64,000 bases of DNA from Octopus sinensis (Eukaryota): the NCBI RefSeq assembly GCF_006345805.1, contig NC_043012.1:5828001-5892000 (forward strand). The letters run 5' to 3'. The position numbers were made by a program, and so were the translations under genes. Below, piece after piece: positions 10,388-24,450 of this stretch; position 1 is the first letter of the stretch, and each line of letters begins with the position of its first letter. The notes beneath the pieces are model-generated. The model was not told the origin of the DNA and made no database searches. It saw only the letters and a program-made list of their open reading frames with translations.

Positions 10388-11269
10388 ATTGCTGTTGCTG
10401 GTGAGGATGTTGTTGTTTAACCCCAGGTCTGCCTTAAACATGTAGTCATTAGTAGCATTCCAGCTATGATCATTACTTCTAGGGGTTTTTTGTCCCCCAT
10501 GCATCTAAGCAGAGTTGTCTCAGCTGTATTGTAGGCTCCTTGAGCTAATCAATGCATGGAGCTCAATAGTATTCATTGCTTGGTAGCAAGCCGCAGCACA
10601 CATAGATCATAATTTGGCCCCTAGACATGTGGTGACCCCAAACAACTACCCAGTGTGCCCATGCCTTAAGATGGCATTGTAACAAAGATTACCATATCCA
10701 GTGTATTTTTGTTATTTTCAATACTGTAGGGTGTGATTCGATGGTGATTTGACTGCTATTTTTAACAGGTTGAGTGACCATGTGGAGGCACTTTCTTTGA
10801 TTATGGTGGTAGTGTTATTGATGGTGTGTGCATGTGTGTGTGTGTGTTGGTAGTTTTGCTAATGGTAGGGGGTTATTTTAGCATCACCTGATCTCTTCCA
10901 TCACCTTCACCTATGTACACACACACACACACACACTATAATCTATCTTACACATTTACACACAAAAGCTGGCCTACAACACTCCACATATTAACACTTA
11001 AGCACTCACATACAAAAATAAAAAAAGGAAAATGAAATAAGCCCTATTCCACTCCCTGCTCCCCCCCATCTGCTGCTGATTTCCATCCCCCACCCCTACC
11101 TTACTAATTCATACCCTGATGCCCTTCCAATGCTTCTCAGCAGAGAATTGTGTCAGACTGACTTATTGACCAATCAGAACAGTCTTTACACAGCAACTAA
11201 CAGCTGTTGTCATTTTGTAAAATGAAACACACTTTACCCTTTCTTTCTCTCACACTTTTTCTATAACTT

Positions 11270-11597
11270 TCTATCTGTCTATTTGTCTGTCTGTCTGTCT
11301 CACTCTGTATCTCTGTCTGTCTCACTCTCTATCAATGTGTACCTGTCTATCTATGTATGTATGTCTATGTATTTACGTCTGTTTATCTTTATATATGTCT
11401 CTCTATCTCTCTCCATGTATCTATCTATCTATGTCTGTCTTATCTATCTATGTCTGTCTGTCTATCTATCTGTCTGTCTATCATGTACCTGTCTATATCT
11501 ATGTATGTATGTCTGTGTATTTATGTCTGTTTATCTGTCCGTATGTATGTGTGTCACTATCTAAGTATCTCTCTCTCTATCACTCTCTGTATAACTG

Positions 11598-11674
<77 letters not shown>

Positions 11675-11697
11675 GTATCTATCTATGTATCTGTGTC

Positions 11698-11734
<37 letters not shown>

Positions 11735-11837
11735 GTATCTGTGTCTCTATCTATCTATCTATCTATCTATCTATGTATCTATCTATCTATGTATCTATCT
11801 ATCTATGTATCTGTGTCTCTATCTATGTATCTGTGTC

Positions 11838-11886
<49 letters not shown>

Positions 11887-11930
11887 ATCTGTTTGTCTAT
11901 GTCTCTCTGTCTATCTGTCTGTCTGTCTAT
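11270..11930. repeat. Compound (TCTA)n/(TCTG)n/(TATG)n microsatellite
   Basis: Long tatc/tcta runs; source of the spurious 213- and 234-aa ORFs. Confidence 0.95.
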
Positions 11931-12449
11931 TTGTGGAATCAAGTCTAAAACCTACCCACCTTCCTCCCTCGTCTGAGTTATGTCCCTTTAAGGAGTGTCT
12001 TCTTTTTAAGTTTAATGCCGTTCATGCGTGCACACACACACACACACGCGCACTTATATAGATAGACACATATGTATGTATGTGGAGTTTTCTGAAATGT
12101 GTTTGCTGCCAATTTCTCTTGCCAAACTTCAACAACAAATGGAAAATCCAGCATTGTTTGAACCATGCAAGGAATGCCAGTCGCTGCCTTTTATGACCAA
12201 ACAAGTTTTTCCATGCTGAAACTCCGAGACCAATACAGAGCTACTTGTGTATAATAAGACAGCTGTAATTCCTGCCCCTTTTGTAGGGATCAGAAATCTG
12301 GGTCACCGACAGTGATATCTGACTCACTTGGAATGTTTCCATTAGCAATACCTTCATAGGATCCTCAAAATCTGCTAACATACTCCAATGATGATCATAC
12401 AATTTGTGGGGAAAGGGAATCGTTGCTTGTATTGGACCAGGTTATCCAA

Positions 12450-12762
12450 TCATCATCATCATTGTTTAACGTCCGTTTTCCATGCCAGCATGGGTTGGAC
12501 GGTTTGACCGGGAATCTGGGAGGCCAGGAGGCTGCACCAGGCTCCAGTCTGATCTGGCAGTGTTTCTACAGCTGGATGCCCTTCCTAACGCCAACCACTC
12601 CATGAGTGTAGTGGGTGCATTTTACGTGCCACCGGCACAGGTGCCAGGGGAGGCTGGCAACAGCCACGATCGGTTGGTGCTTTTTATGTGCCACTGGCAC
12701 GGAAGCCAGTCGAGGCGGCACTGGCATCGGATGGTGCTTTTTATGTGCCACTGGCACAGGTA
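12450..12762 (-). mobile_element. RTE-LINE 3'-end fragment with (GAT)n tail
   Basis: Matches the reverse of 46640-46844. Confidence 0.85.
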
Positions 12763-13698
12763 TCCAACTACAATTTATGTGATTTTCATTTTAGTGCATA
12801 ATTTCAAAGAGATTTAGCTTCTATTTTTAGCAGGTCAAGTGACCATTTGTCTTTTCTTCTTTCAGCCATTGGGCTGCGATTATGCTGGGACATAATCAGA
12901 CATAATCCCTTGCGTTAACACTTGTGTTTCAAGACAAGAACTTGTTTTTATCCTTTTGGCTTGGGTAGGATTTGAACTCAATATATTTTTTAACAGGCTT
13001 AGTCATCAACCATAGGCATACATCTCCTCCTCCTCCTCCTCGTCATCATTCTTTTAACGTCTACGTTCCCATGCTTGTATGTATCAAACAATATTATTGG
13101 GACAGATTTCTCTACAGTCACATTCCCTTCCTCTCACTAACCCTCATCAGTTTCTAAAGAAGGTAACTTTTATCTTTGACCAGACATGTTTTTTTTCACA
13201 GAAGTTTGGTTACAGAGTGACACTTAGGTGCTCTTTTGGTGTGTGATCTACAAGGAAGATTACTTAAAGTTACTTTTTAAATTATTTTGTACATACTTAG
13301 CATTGGAAATGTATTTTTACAAAATTCTTACTATAAAAATAATAAGAAAACCATATGATAATTAAAATAAGTGGGACATGGTGCAGCCTCCTGGCTTCCC
13401 AGACCCCAGTTGAACCATCCAACCCATGCCAGCATGGAAAACGGACGTTAAACGATGATGATGATGATATATATGTGTATATTTATATATATGATAGGTT
13501 TCTTTCAGTTTCTATCTACACAATCCATTCACAAGGGCTACAGTAGAAGATAGATGCCCAAAGTACCACGCAATGGGACTGAACTTGGAACCATGTGCTT
13601 GGGAAGTAAATACTTTACCACAAACCACGTGTGTGTGTGTTATGCACACCTGCAGCCATCACTTGAAATCAAAGATAACCTGGTGGGATTTTACCTAC

Positions 13699-13800
13699 GT
13701 TTTACTAATTGTTTTAAGTCCCCTATGATATTCCAAGTAGATGTTGGCACTCTTTAAGCTCTTCTGTCCTTCACTCATTGGCGCATCCAGGATGTGAGAC
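13699..13800 (-). CDS. Candidate symmetric phase 2-2 exon, 102 nt (xSHILDAPMSEGQKSLKSANIYLEYHRGLKTISK)
   Basis: Very strong acceptor gttctcttttcttccag|G and donor ac|gtaggt. Only one of three frames is open, the length is divisible by 3 and the sequence is unique. Confidence 0.45.
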
Positions 13801-14726
13801 CTGGAAGAAAAGAGAACTGCTTCAGCATCACCTTGTAGTAATTATTTTATCAATCCTGGGAGACTGGGCTAACCCTACCAGGATTTGAACTCAGAGCTCC
13901 GAACCAGAACAAATACTGATGTCACATTATGGTACAAGGCCAGCAAGTTCCGAGAGGGGGTAAGTGGATTACATCAGCCCCCAGTGCTTACCTGAAACTT
14001 ATTTTTATTGACCCTGAAGGAATGAATGACAGAGTTGACCCCAGCTGCATTTGAACTCAGAATGGAAAGACGGATGAAATGCCACTAAGCATTTTGCCTG
14101 GTATGCTAACGATTCTGCTCATTGCCTTAACCAGAACAAATATTGTAATGCATTTTGTCCAGTACATGTATTTAACCACTCAGCTGCCTCTGTCTGACTC
14201 TGTGTGTGTGTGTGTGTGTGTGAGATCCTCATCATCCTTTAATATCTGTGTTTGTGTCGCCCCCACCACCACCACCACCACCACCACTTGATAACTGGTG
14301 TTGGTTTGTTTACGTCATTGTAACTTAGCAGTTTGGCAAAAGAGACCAATAGAATAAGCAACAGGCTTAAAAAAAAATTTCTTTTTGTAAATATGCACTG
14401 TTTTTGATTACCCTCACTTCATGGAGGAGCCCCAGCATGGCCACAGTCTGACAGAAGCAAAAGATTGCCAATTAGGACTGGTCTTTTAGTATTTGGATCT
14501 TATCTCAGGAATGGAATGGACAACACAGCTTGCAATTTGTTTTTATTGATAACTAAGGCACCACCATACAACAGACACACACAAATACATGCATACATTA
14601 TATGCATACACACACACAGATGTATATATATATATATATGTATTTGTGTTGTATCTATGTTTGTACATGTATGTGTGTGTGTGTGTTGTGTGTGTGTGTG
14701 TGTATGCTTGTGAGTAATGTAATACA

Positions 14727-14769
<43 letters not shown>

Positions 14770-15784
14770 CGACGATGATGATGATAATTTTCCAAGCGTT
14801 TCTTGAAGAATTCATTACCCAACTGTTGTTCTAAGAACATCTCTAAGTGAGGAAGATGATAAAATAGTCTGTGAGTGGAATCAAAAGTTGCCAAACCCCC
14901 ACATGCCAAACCCCCATCATCTAATGAAATCATGAGAAGTTCTACCAACCACCACCACTACCACACTCCACACCTGCCCCTCCCTTTTCCTCCCCTCCCT
15001 CTGTTTCTCGCTTTTTGCTCTGTTTCTCTCACACAAGGCTTCATACATACATCACCCCTCCCTGTGTGTGTGTGTGTATGTGTGTGTATATATATATGTA
15101 TATGTATATATGTACCAATTTGCTGCCACTTCTTAGCCTCAAATAAAATCAAAGAAGAGAAAGAGAAAAATGGTATTTCATAAGCGTTCTCTTTTGAGTT
15201 GCATGCCCCAGTGGAACAAGTCTCTTTTACCTTTTCTGTGTGTGTATATGTTTGTGCATGCATGTATGTTGTGTGTGTGTGTGTGTTGTGTATGTATATA
15301 AACATGTATATATCTATGATGTACTTTTGCTTACCTATTCACTGACTTTGGTTCTCGCCATTAAGCAAACTCTTTGACATAATGAATGATTGTATCTGTA
15401 TCCGTGTGTGCGCGTGTGTGTGTGCGTGCGTGCACACATGTGTACAGGTTGTATGTGCCTATATATAACTGTATATTTACACACGCACACACACACACAT
15501 ACAGAAATATAGGAGTGTGTGTGTGTGGTGTATGTAGATAGTTATATATATATCATAGCCAAAATCTCCGACTACTACAGCCTTTCCCCTAATAACTTAT
15601 CATCTCTGCCTCCGCCTTCTTCCAAAGTAAACTCCAATCCCTTTTTACCAAAAATCCCCCATTCCAGCACGCTGCCACTGATAGAGTTCAACTGTTTGTC
15701 TTGCCTGCTGATATAATAACCCTACACACACACACACACACACAGGCACTCACTCACTCACATACACACCCGGATCTATCCATT

Positions 15785-15832
<48 letters not shown>

Positions 15833-16099
15833 CATACGCACATAAACTATAACTGAGATATATATATATATAAGTAAAAACTGGAAACCACTAATTAAAA
15901 GAGCATCACAGTGTGGGTGTTTGTGGGTGCACGTGGATTTGGCTGCTGTGATGTAAAAGTCTTACAAATCTGCCACAAGCAGTGTGTTGTGTTGACTGCC
16001 TTAGAATTGGTTCCATTACCCAGTATGTCTTTTATGTAAGTAACACACTTTTGACCTTTTCTTCAAACCAAGCTTAACTCTTCTTTCCTATTGACCTGA

Positions 16100-16386
16100 G
16101 TGTTCCGTGTGTGTATGTATACATACATACATATATATATATACACACACACACACATACATACATATATACATACATGTATATATTATATGTATTATGT
16201 AATATATATAATATTATACACACACATATATTTATGTATATTTATATATACAGTCACAGAAGTATGGTGTAGTCTTCTGCCTGGCCGGCTCCTGTCAAAC
16301 TGTCCAACCCATGCCAGCATGGAAGGCAGACGTTAAACGATGATATATATATAATAATATATATACACACACACACACACACCACA

Positions 16387-16429
<43 letters not shown>

Positions 16430-16491
16430 TGTATGTATGTATATATATACATGTACATATATATATATCTATGCATATACACATATATACA

Positions 16492-16553
<62 letters not shown>

Positions 16554-16650
16554 ACAATATATATGTATAGATACATATATACATGTGTGTGTATGTAAAC
16601 ATATATATACATATATGTATATATAGATATACATATAATAGTATTATATA

Positions 16651-16692
<42 letters not shown>

Positions 16693-16695
16693 TAG

Positions 16696-16735
<40 letters not shown>

Positions 16736-16744
16736 TGTATATAT

Positions 16745-16786
<42 letters not shown>

Positions 16787-17032
16787 GTATATGTATATAT
16801 AGATATACATATATATATATATGATATATATATATATATAGAACCAAATATACATATATATATATATATAGATATATATATATGTATATAGATATACATA
16901 TACATTTATAGAAATAAATATCTCAAATATTATATACATATATAAATATACATGTATACATATACATACATATATATATATATGTATACATATTATACAC
17001 AAATATATATATGTGTGTAACTATATATATAT

Positions 17033-17079
<47 letters not shown>

Positions 17080-17260
17080 ATACACACACACCACATCATA
17101 TATAATATATCTATATTACACACACACACTATATATATATATAATATATAACCACACCACATTATACATATTATATATATATATATATATACATACATAC
17201 ACACACATATACATATTCATATATATGTATGTGTTTTTGTATATACACATGTACATATAT
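16100..17260. repeat. Very long (TA)n/(CA)n/(TACA)n microsatellite field
   Basis: More than 1 kb of almost pure alternating purine-pyrimidine sequence, broken only by a short RTE-tail fragment at about 16275-16345. Confidence 0.95.
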
Positions 17261-18104
17261 CTTCTACATTGTACTTGTTTCATTTATTGGACTGTGGCCA
17301 TGCTGTAGCATTGGCATGAAGGCTTTTTTTTTTTACTTCAAGCAAATCTATCCAGTACTTTTTTTGTAAATCAAGCACTTATTCTATTGTTCTCTTTTGC
17401 TGAACCACTAAGTTATGGGGTTATAAACAAACCACCAGTTGTCAAGCGGGAGGGTGGGAAACATGAAGGCCACCTTACCCCACAGAAAGTTTTATGTATG
17501 TATATATGTATGTAGTGTGTGTGTGTGTGTGTGTGTATGTATATATACACACACACGTCAGTGATGCTGGTCTGATCATATACACGTGTTTTCCATAGTA
17601 TTTGAACCTCATGTACACTCACTCATGTGTGTGTGTTTGTGTATGATGATGATATGTGTGTGTATGATGTATGTGTGTGTGTGTGTGTATGATGATGATG
17701 TATCTATGTGTGTGTATGATGATGATGTATATACATATATATATGTGTACCTGTTATACTTTCAGCTGTTTATAGAGACTTGATTTTGCGTGAGTGTGCG
17801 TGTCTGAATGTGTGTGTTATTAAATCTAATTCCTCTTCTGACTGGCCTAACTCTTGTCTTCCTGTAATACTTCCTTCTTTTTATCCTACCCAGACAACTT
17901 CCACCTGTCTGTCTATCACCATTAAGATATTTGATCCAAATCTCTTTCCTCGTGCTTCTTTATCCGTGCATTCCAAACTTGGTGTAATTGATGTATTGAA
18001 ATGAGGAAGAAGTTAGAAAGTATGACAGTCAGTTTAACCCAAATAATTTTGTTGGAAATGTTAATTACAAGAGAATCATTATGGAAGGCCTTCCTTCTTT
18101 CACA

Positions 18105-18268
18105 TCTTTATATATAAAAGGGAAGTTGTGTGTCTGTCTCCTACGATTTAGATTCCTAACTACTCCCACATTTTGCGGTGCAGTTTAACCAAAAGCGGGT
18201 ATCTTATAGTCGTGATTCATATCGAGCCCTTCTGGGTATTAGCGCGCGTCTACGATGAGTCTACGATT
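18105..18268 (+). mobile_element. 5' fragment of the same Helitron family as 9784-10177
   Basis: a|tctttatatataaaag..gatgagtctacgatt is nearly identical to the reverse complement of about 10015-10177. Confidence 0.88.
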
Positions 18269-18510
18269 CTCTTATTTCAGTTTCCATCTACCAAATCTGG
18301 TCACAAGGCCTGAGGCTATAGTAGAAGACACTTGCCCAAGGTGCCATGCAGTGGGACTGAACCCAGAACCATGTGGTTGGGAATCCACTGCTCAACTACT
18401 ACCTATATATATATATGTATATGTATATTGTTGATTGGCCATGTATTTCCATTTGCATGAAATTATTGTTGTTTCACTACGGCTACACTACACACTCAAA
18501 TATGCAGTCT

Positions 18511-18615
<105 letters not shown>

Positions 18616-19550
18616 CACACACACGCATATATAAATATAATGTGTGTGTGTGTAAACACATATGGATATAACACTGTTATTAAATAACAGATACCTAATT
18701 ACTCTTATAATTAGTACTTTTTGAGTCCTAGCTACAAAATTCTTAAAAACCATTAAACCTTTTGATATTGAAAAATATACACCTGTGCTTGTCCTTGTAT
18801 CTTTAACCTTTCAACGTTTGGCATAAAGCCACCTTTCCCTCTCAAATGGGAGCTTTTTCTTTTCCCCCCTGTTTGTTGTTTTGTCTTGCAAGTTACATTG
18901 ACAACCTATTAACTTGTTGCGGAACCAAAAGAGGCACCCATTGCACTCTATAAATTGACTGGAATTAGGAGGGGTGGCCAGTTGTAGAAACCAACCATGC
19001 CTAAGCTGACACTGGAACTGGGAATGACCATGCAGCTCACTGGACCCTTTTGAACTGTCCCATGGAAAGCATATGATGATTCTGATGATATTTGCTTGTA
19101 GATCTCAGAGTCAGTTTGAGGGAGATAAACAAGATCGCAAAGGTCAATGTAGCTATAGATACATACTGAAACCCTTTGCCATTCAGATTTCTCTGTCAAA
19201 CTTAATGCTTATTTATTCATATTGTTTTGCATTAATCATGCACTGTCTCACGATGGTTTATTTTAAAAATGACATTATGGCATAAGTGTGAGAGGCTGTA
19301 TCTGGCCGCTTTGGACATAAAACTGGTTGACTATCTTGGCCAGATAGGGTTGGTTTATAAGCCCTTAGTTCTAGATAGGTCAGAGAGTGATCAATACCTT
19401 GACAGTTCTTTGCTTTCAGCCTGATGAGCAGCAAAGCCTGGGTTGGTAGCTGATAACACCCAGTTGCCACTGGAGAAGATGTCACAGCATGTGGCATAGA
19501 CCCTCAGCAACTTCATTCCATTGTTCTTGACTCTAGGCTCCCCTTCTTAC

Positions 19551-19727
19551 CCTACTCCTTTTGAATCCCTGTCTTTTTGCAGCTTCTGTCTGGATATTGC
19601 TGCACTCTGTCTTATGTTTCCTCGAGGGAAGTCCTTCCTCTCTCGGGTCTTGTTGGTTTAGAATTGTCTTTGAAGCTTCTGTATCTGAGTGAATTCTGCA
19701 TAAGACAGTGGTGTGTGAGACAAAGGT
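19551..19727 (-). CDS. Candidate phase 0-0 exon, 177 nt (TFVSHTTVLCRIHSDTEASKTILNQQDPREEGLPSRKHKTECSNIQTEAAKRQGFKRSR)
   Basis: Acceptor ttctactttgatgacag, strong donor agg|gtaaga, open frame in unique sequence. No homology recognised. Confidence 0.3.
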
Positions 19728-19877
19728 CTGTCATCAAAGTAGAATTTGCAAGTGTCCAAGCTTGGTAAATAATAGACCTTTGTGAAACTCAGTTGATTTA
19801 AACTGCTGTCAACTTTCACATTTTGTTGCTCTCCAGAATGAGAAATGGGAGGAGAGGAAAGTGGATTATCACTTTTA

Positions 19878-20542
19878 TACTCTGTAGAGCCAGGAAGACC
19901 TGGGATGAGGTGGTGAAGCACAACCATCAAATGTTGGGCCTCATGGAGGCAATGACAAGCAACCAAAACCTTTGGAGATGTGCTGTGCTTGAGAAGACCC
20001 GGCAAGCCAAGTGAGACCGTAACCATGGTCTATGCCAGTGTTGCATAACCAGTCCATTTAAGAGTACCCTTCAATCATTGGGTAATATACTGGGCTTGAG
20101 AAGAACTGTTGAGTCAAATCATTGTTGCGACCGATGCCAGTACTGCCTGACTGGCACCAATGCTGGTGGCATGTAAAATGCACCATTTGGGCGTGGTCAA
20201 TGCCAGTCCCACCAGACTGGCTCCCATGTCGGTGGCACGTAAAATGCACCATATTAACATGGTTGATGCCAGCGCTGCCTGATTGGCTGTCATGCTAGTA
20301 GCATGTAAAAAGCACCATTCGAGCCTGGTCATTGCCAGTGTCACCTGACTGGGTCCCATGCCAGTGGCACAAAAAAAACACTCATTACATTCTCGGCATT
20401 AGGAAAGCCATCCAGCTGTAGAAACCTTGCCAGATCAGATTGGAGCCTTGTGCAGTCTTCTGGCTTGCCTGTCCTCAGTGAAACTATCCAACCCATGCCA
20501 GTATGGAAAGCGGACATATTAAACAATGATGATGATGATGAT
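19878..20542 (+). mobile_element. RTE-LINE 3' fragment (C-terminal ARKTWDEVVKH..LGLMEAMTSNQNLWRCAVLEKTRQAK, 3'UTR and GAT tail)
   Basis: The peptide is homologous to the C-terminus of the 44.6-46.8 kb LINE (RPRKTWDE..LGLTEAMAKDRDLWRYAV). Confidence 0.85.
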
Positions 20543-20559
20543 ATGCATGAGTGTGCACA

Positions 20560-20591
<32 letters not shown>

Positions 20592-21419
20592 AATACTGCA
20601 CTTAAATTTTTCATTTTGTTTCTCTCCAAAATGAGGTGTGGGAGGAAAGTTGAGCACCGGAAATAATTTGATGATGGAAGGGGTGTGTGAATGAAATCAA
20701 TGCCATGCTAATTTTCATACATCACTGACTTTATTACTTACTAGTCAAAGGTAAAACATGAAACTGTTTCTGATAGTTATTAGTCTTACTTATTATTATT
20801 ATTATTATTATTATTATTGTGTCCATATCAGTACATTGACCTAGCTGATGGTTTGGTGACAGGTGGTAATAATAGAGTTAGTTGGCCCTCTCTCTCTTTT
20901 TCTTTCTCTCTCTCTTTCATTGTCGCTCCCTTTCTCTTTCCCTCTCTGTCTCTCTCTCTCTACTGCCCCCTTGCTCTCCCCCCTCTCCCTCTACTGCCCC
21001 TTTCGCTTGCTGTCTCTTCCTTTTTCTCTCCATCATTGTTCTGTCCTTTCTTTGCCTTTTATCTCTTACTTGTTTCAGCCATTGGACTGTGGCCATGCTG
21101 GGGCACCACCTAGAAGAGTTTTAGTTGAACAAATTTACTCCCAGTACTTATTTTTTTTTTTAAGCCTGGTGCTTTTTCTATTGGTCTTCTTTTACTGAAC
21201 CAAGTTCATGGATGTAAACAAACCAATATTGGTCGTCAAGCAGTGGTGGGGACAAATACAATGACACACACACACACACACGACAGACTTCCACATAGTT
21301 TCCATCTACGAAATTTACTCTCAAGGCTTTTGTCAGCTTGAGGCTTTAGTAGAAGACACTTCTTACCTCACAGCCATGCCAATGTTAATATCTATCTACT
21401 TCACTTTTTGTTTTCCCTT

Positions 21420-21712
21420 CTCTCTGTCTCTCTGTGTCTCTGTCCCCTCTCTCTCTCTCTGTCTCTGTCTCTTTGTCTGTCTGTCTGTCTGTCTCTGTCC
21501 CCTCTCTCTGTCTCTGTCCCCTCTCTCTGTCTCTGTCTCTCTCTCTGTCTCTGTCTCTTTGTCTGTCTGTCTGTCTGTCTCTGTCTCTGTCTCTCTCTGT
21601 CTCTGTCCCTCTCTCTCTGTCCCCTCTCTCTGTCTCTGTCTCTTTGTCTGTCTGTCTCTGTCCCCTCTCTCTGTCTCTGTCTCTTTGTCTGTCTCTCTCT
21701 CTCTCTCTCTCT
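21420..21712. repeat. Polypyrimidine (TC)n/(TCTG)n compound microsatellite with higher-order tgtcccctctctc units
   Basis: Direct inspection. Confidence 0.92.
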
Positions 21713-22324
21713 TAGAGATTTTTCTAATTTTTAAAAAATTTGACACTTAATTTTCATTTCTGTGTCGTAATCTACAGTAATCTACGTAATCTCCACATCC
21801 CCTTGTCTCTTTCTGTTCTTCTTTCTCTCACTATTTCCCTTCCTCTTAATTGTCTTTCATCTCCATCCTTATCTTTCTACTCGCATCTCTCTCTGTCTCT
21901 CTGTCTCTCTCTGTCTCCTCCCTCGGCTATTTCTTACTGGGAAGATCCGCTTTTAGCTTCCTGCAGTGCAAGATAAATCTATTTATAGAATGATAAAAAG
22001 AATATTTGATGTGTCTATAAAGAGGTCTAAGGTGTGCGTATACACACATATATAAGTACATAAGTGTAATTACGTTATATGTATAATTACAAATACTTTG
22101 TAGATAATTATTTATGCAATTAAATGACCTATTAGATTCAGATATGCCTTGACATATATTTACGCACTCTCACTCACATATATATACCAACCTAATTGCA
22201 TTGGAATCTGTAAAATTAAATTCACACCCTCTGACATTTATCCACCCTTTTATACACACCTTCAAAAGAGAAAAAAAACCCCACCAAAAACAAAAATAAA
22301 TGCACTAGGGTCTTTGTTCTTGTA

Positions 22325-22870
22325 TTCTTCAATCACTGCTTGACAACCGGTGTTGGTTTGTTTATGTCCCCTCCCCTCTGTCAATGTTATGTAGCAGCTC
22401 AGTAAAAGAAAGTGATAAAATAAGTACTTGAAAAAGAAAGAAAGAAAGAAAGAAAGAAAATAAATAAGTACTGGGGACAATTTGTTTAATTAAACACTTC
22501 AAGGTGGTGCCCCAGCATGGGCAGCGACCATGCTGGAGCAACATCTTGAAGTATTTAGGAAACAAATCAGCCCCAGTTTTCAGTTTTTTAAGTCCAGTAT
22601 TTATTCAGTTGGTCTCTTTTGCCGAATCACTAACTTAGGATGTAAACAAACCAACATTGGTGTGTGGGGGACAAATACAGGCATGTGTGTGCGCACACAC
22701 ACACACACATACACATGTTGGGTTTCCACACAGTTTCCATCTCCCAAATTCACTCCCAAGGCATCAATCAGCCTGGGATTGGAGTAGAAAACACTTGCCC
22801 AAGGTGCTGTGCAGTGAGACTGAACCAGAAACCTCTTGGTAGCAAAGCAAGCTTCTTAACCACACAGCCA
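22325..22870. mobile_element. Tail-to-tail pair of SINE A copies (+ tail at 22325-22520, - copy at 22528-22870)
   Basis: Junction ccagcatgg-gcagcga-ccatgctgg. Confidence 0.75.
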
Positions 22871-23924
22871 TACCAAATGGCCTATGGCTCATTAGTTCAA
22901 ATCATTCTACGGCCATTGTGTTGTGTCCCTGAACGAGGTTCTGTTAGATACTTTACTTTGCTTCACTGAACAAGTACTAGAGTTCCATTCCTGTTTCCTA
23001 TTGGAGTTAGAACAGCATTCACCCATGAAAATGAACATATATATCTATGTACATATGTACGTAAGTGTGTGTATGTAAACAATAATTGCTCTCACAAAAG
23101 AATCATTATCTGAGCCATGCAAGCATGGAAAATTGAAGTAAATTATATGTGTGTGTATGTGTGTGTGTGTGTGTATTACCCTATCTCCTTAGATATTTTG
23201 GATGTTGGCCAGAAAGAAGAATTAAGATGCCATTATTCTTTCCTGTGATTCCATCTTTTGTTATTTTACTTTTAACATTGCACATAATTTCATAGAGTAT
23301 CATTATCATTATTATTAGTACAGTTCACAGGGTATTTATTTATTACTACCCTTCCAATTAACAGAACTTGTGACACTGTATATAGCTTTAAAAAAGAAAA
23401 AAAAATGTTTTATTACTGACAAATATCAGAGTCTTAATTGAAAGTTATTTCTTAATGGTTGAAAATACCTACACATATCTGCTCTTACTTCTACTCATAC
23501 ACTATTCCACACACACACACACAAAACACAACACATACACATATACTGGTGTACTTACTTAGTATTATGTATCTGGAACATATGGGTGCATAATATAATA
23601 GTACACTTACAAATGTAATCAGTGTATGGCATCATAAAGCAGTAATTCATATTGTATTACTGACAATAACTCAATCTTGAATGTAAGTTATGTTTTCAGA
23701 ACTGTAATGACAGACCATCATTAAAAGACACAAACATATCCAACATTATTTGTCTAGGACACACAAGTGTGTAATATCCTTTCTACAATAGGTGCAATGA
23801 CTGAAATTTTGGGGGAAAGGGCCAGTCAATTACATTGACCTCTGTGTTTAGACTGGTACTTATTTTATCGACCCTGAATGGGTTTAAAGGCAAAGTCAGC
23901 CTCAATAGAATTTGGATTCAGAAT

Positions 23925-24450
23925 GGTGGAGCATGATCTTCAGACTTTGAGCCTCACAGAGGCAATGATTAGTAACTGAGACCTTTGGCAATATATTGTG
24001 CTTGAGAAGACCCATCAAGCCAAGTGAAATCTTAGTCGTGGCCAATGCTGGTGTCATGTAACTGGCACCTGTGCTGGTGGCACGTAAAGAGGACCATCGA
24101 GTGTTGGGCCTCACAGAGGTAAAGTGGCTGAGTTCCTTTTGAGCATTGGGCCTCACAGAAGCAATGACCGAGACCTTTGGCTTTATATCATGCTTGAGAT
24201 GACCCATCAGGCTGGGCAAAATTGCAGTCATGGCAGATACTAGTGTTACGCAAATGGCACCCGTGCCGGTGGCATGTAAAACCATCCATTACACTCTCCG
24301 AATGGTTGGCATTAGGAAGGGCATCCAGCTGTAGAAAACCATGCCGAATAAGACCGGAGTCTGGTGCAGCCTTCCAGCTTACCAGCCCTGGCCAAACTGT
24401 CCAATCCATTCCAGCATGGACAATGGACATTAAGTGATGATGATGAGGAG
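23925..24450 (+). mobile_element. RTE-LINE 3' fragment with internally reiterated gggcctcacagaggcaatg segments
   Basis: Homology to 19900-20540 and 46380-46844; (GAT)n tail at about 24436. Confidence 0.8.

Noticed and set aside
11283-12061. 213- and 234-aa ORFs
   Set aside because: Translations of (TCTA)n; open in several frames because the repeat lacks stops.
12070-12420. Unique-looking, balanced-composition block
   Set aside because: No frame stays open across the whole block and no convincing splice pair was found; possibly an ancient TE or UTR.
14790-14950. Open frame ELLMISLDDGGLACGG..EFFKKRLENY on the - strand with possible micro-exon sites
   Set aside because: Equally plausible tiny exons can be drawn on both strands, and the block is flanked by microsatellites; no support.
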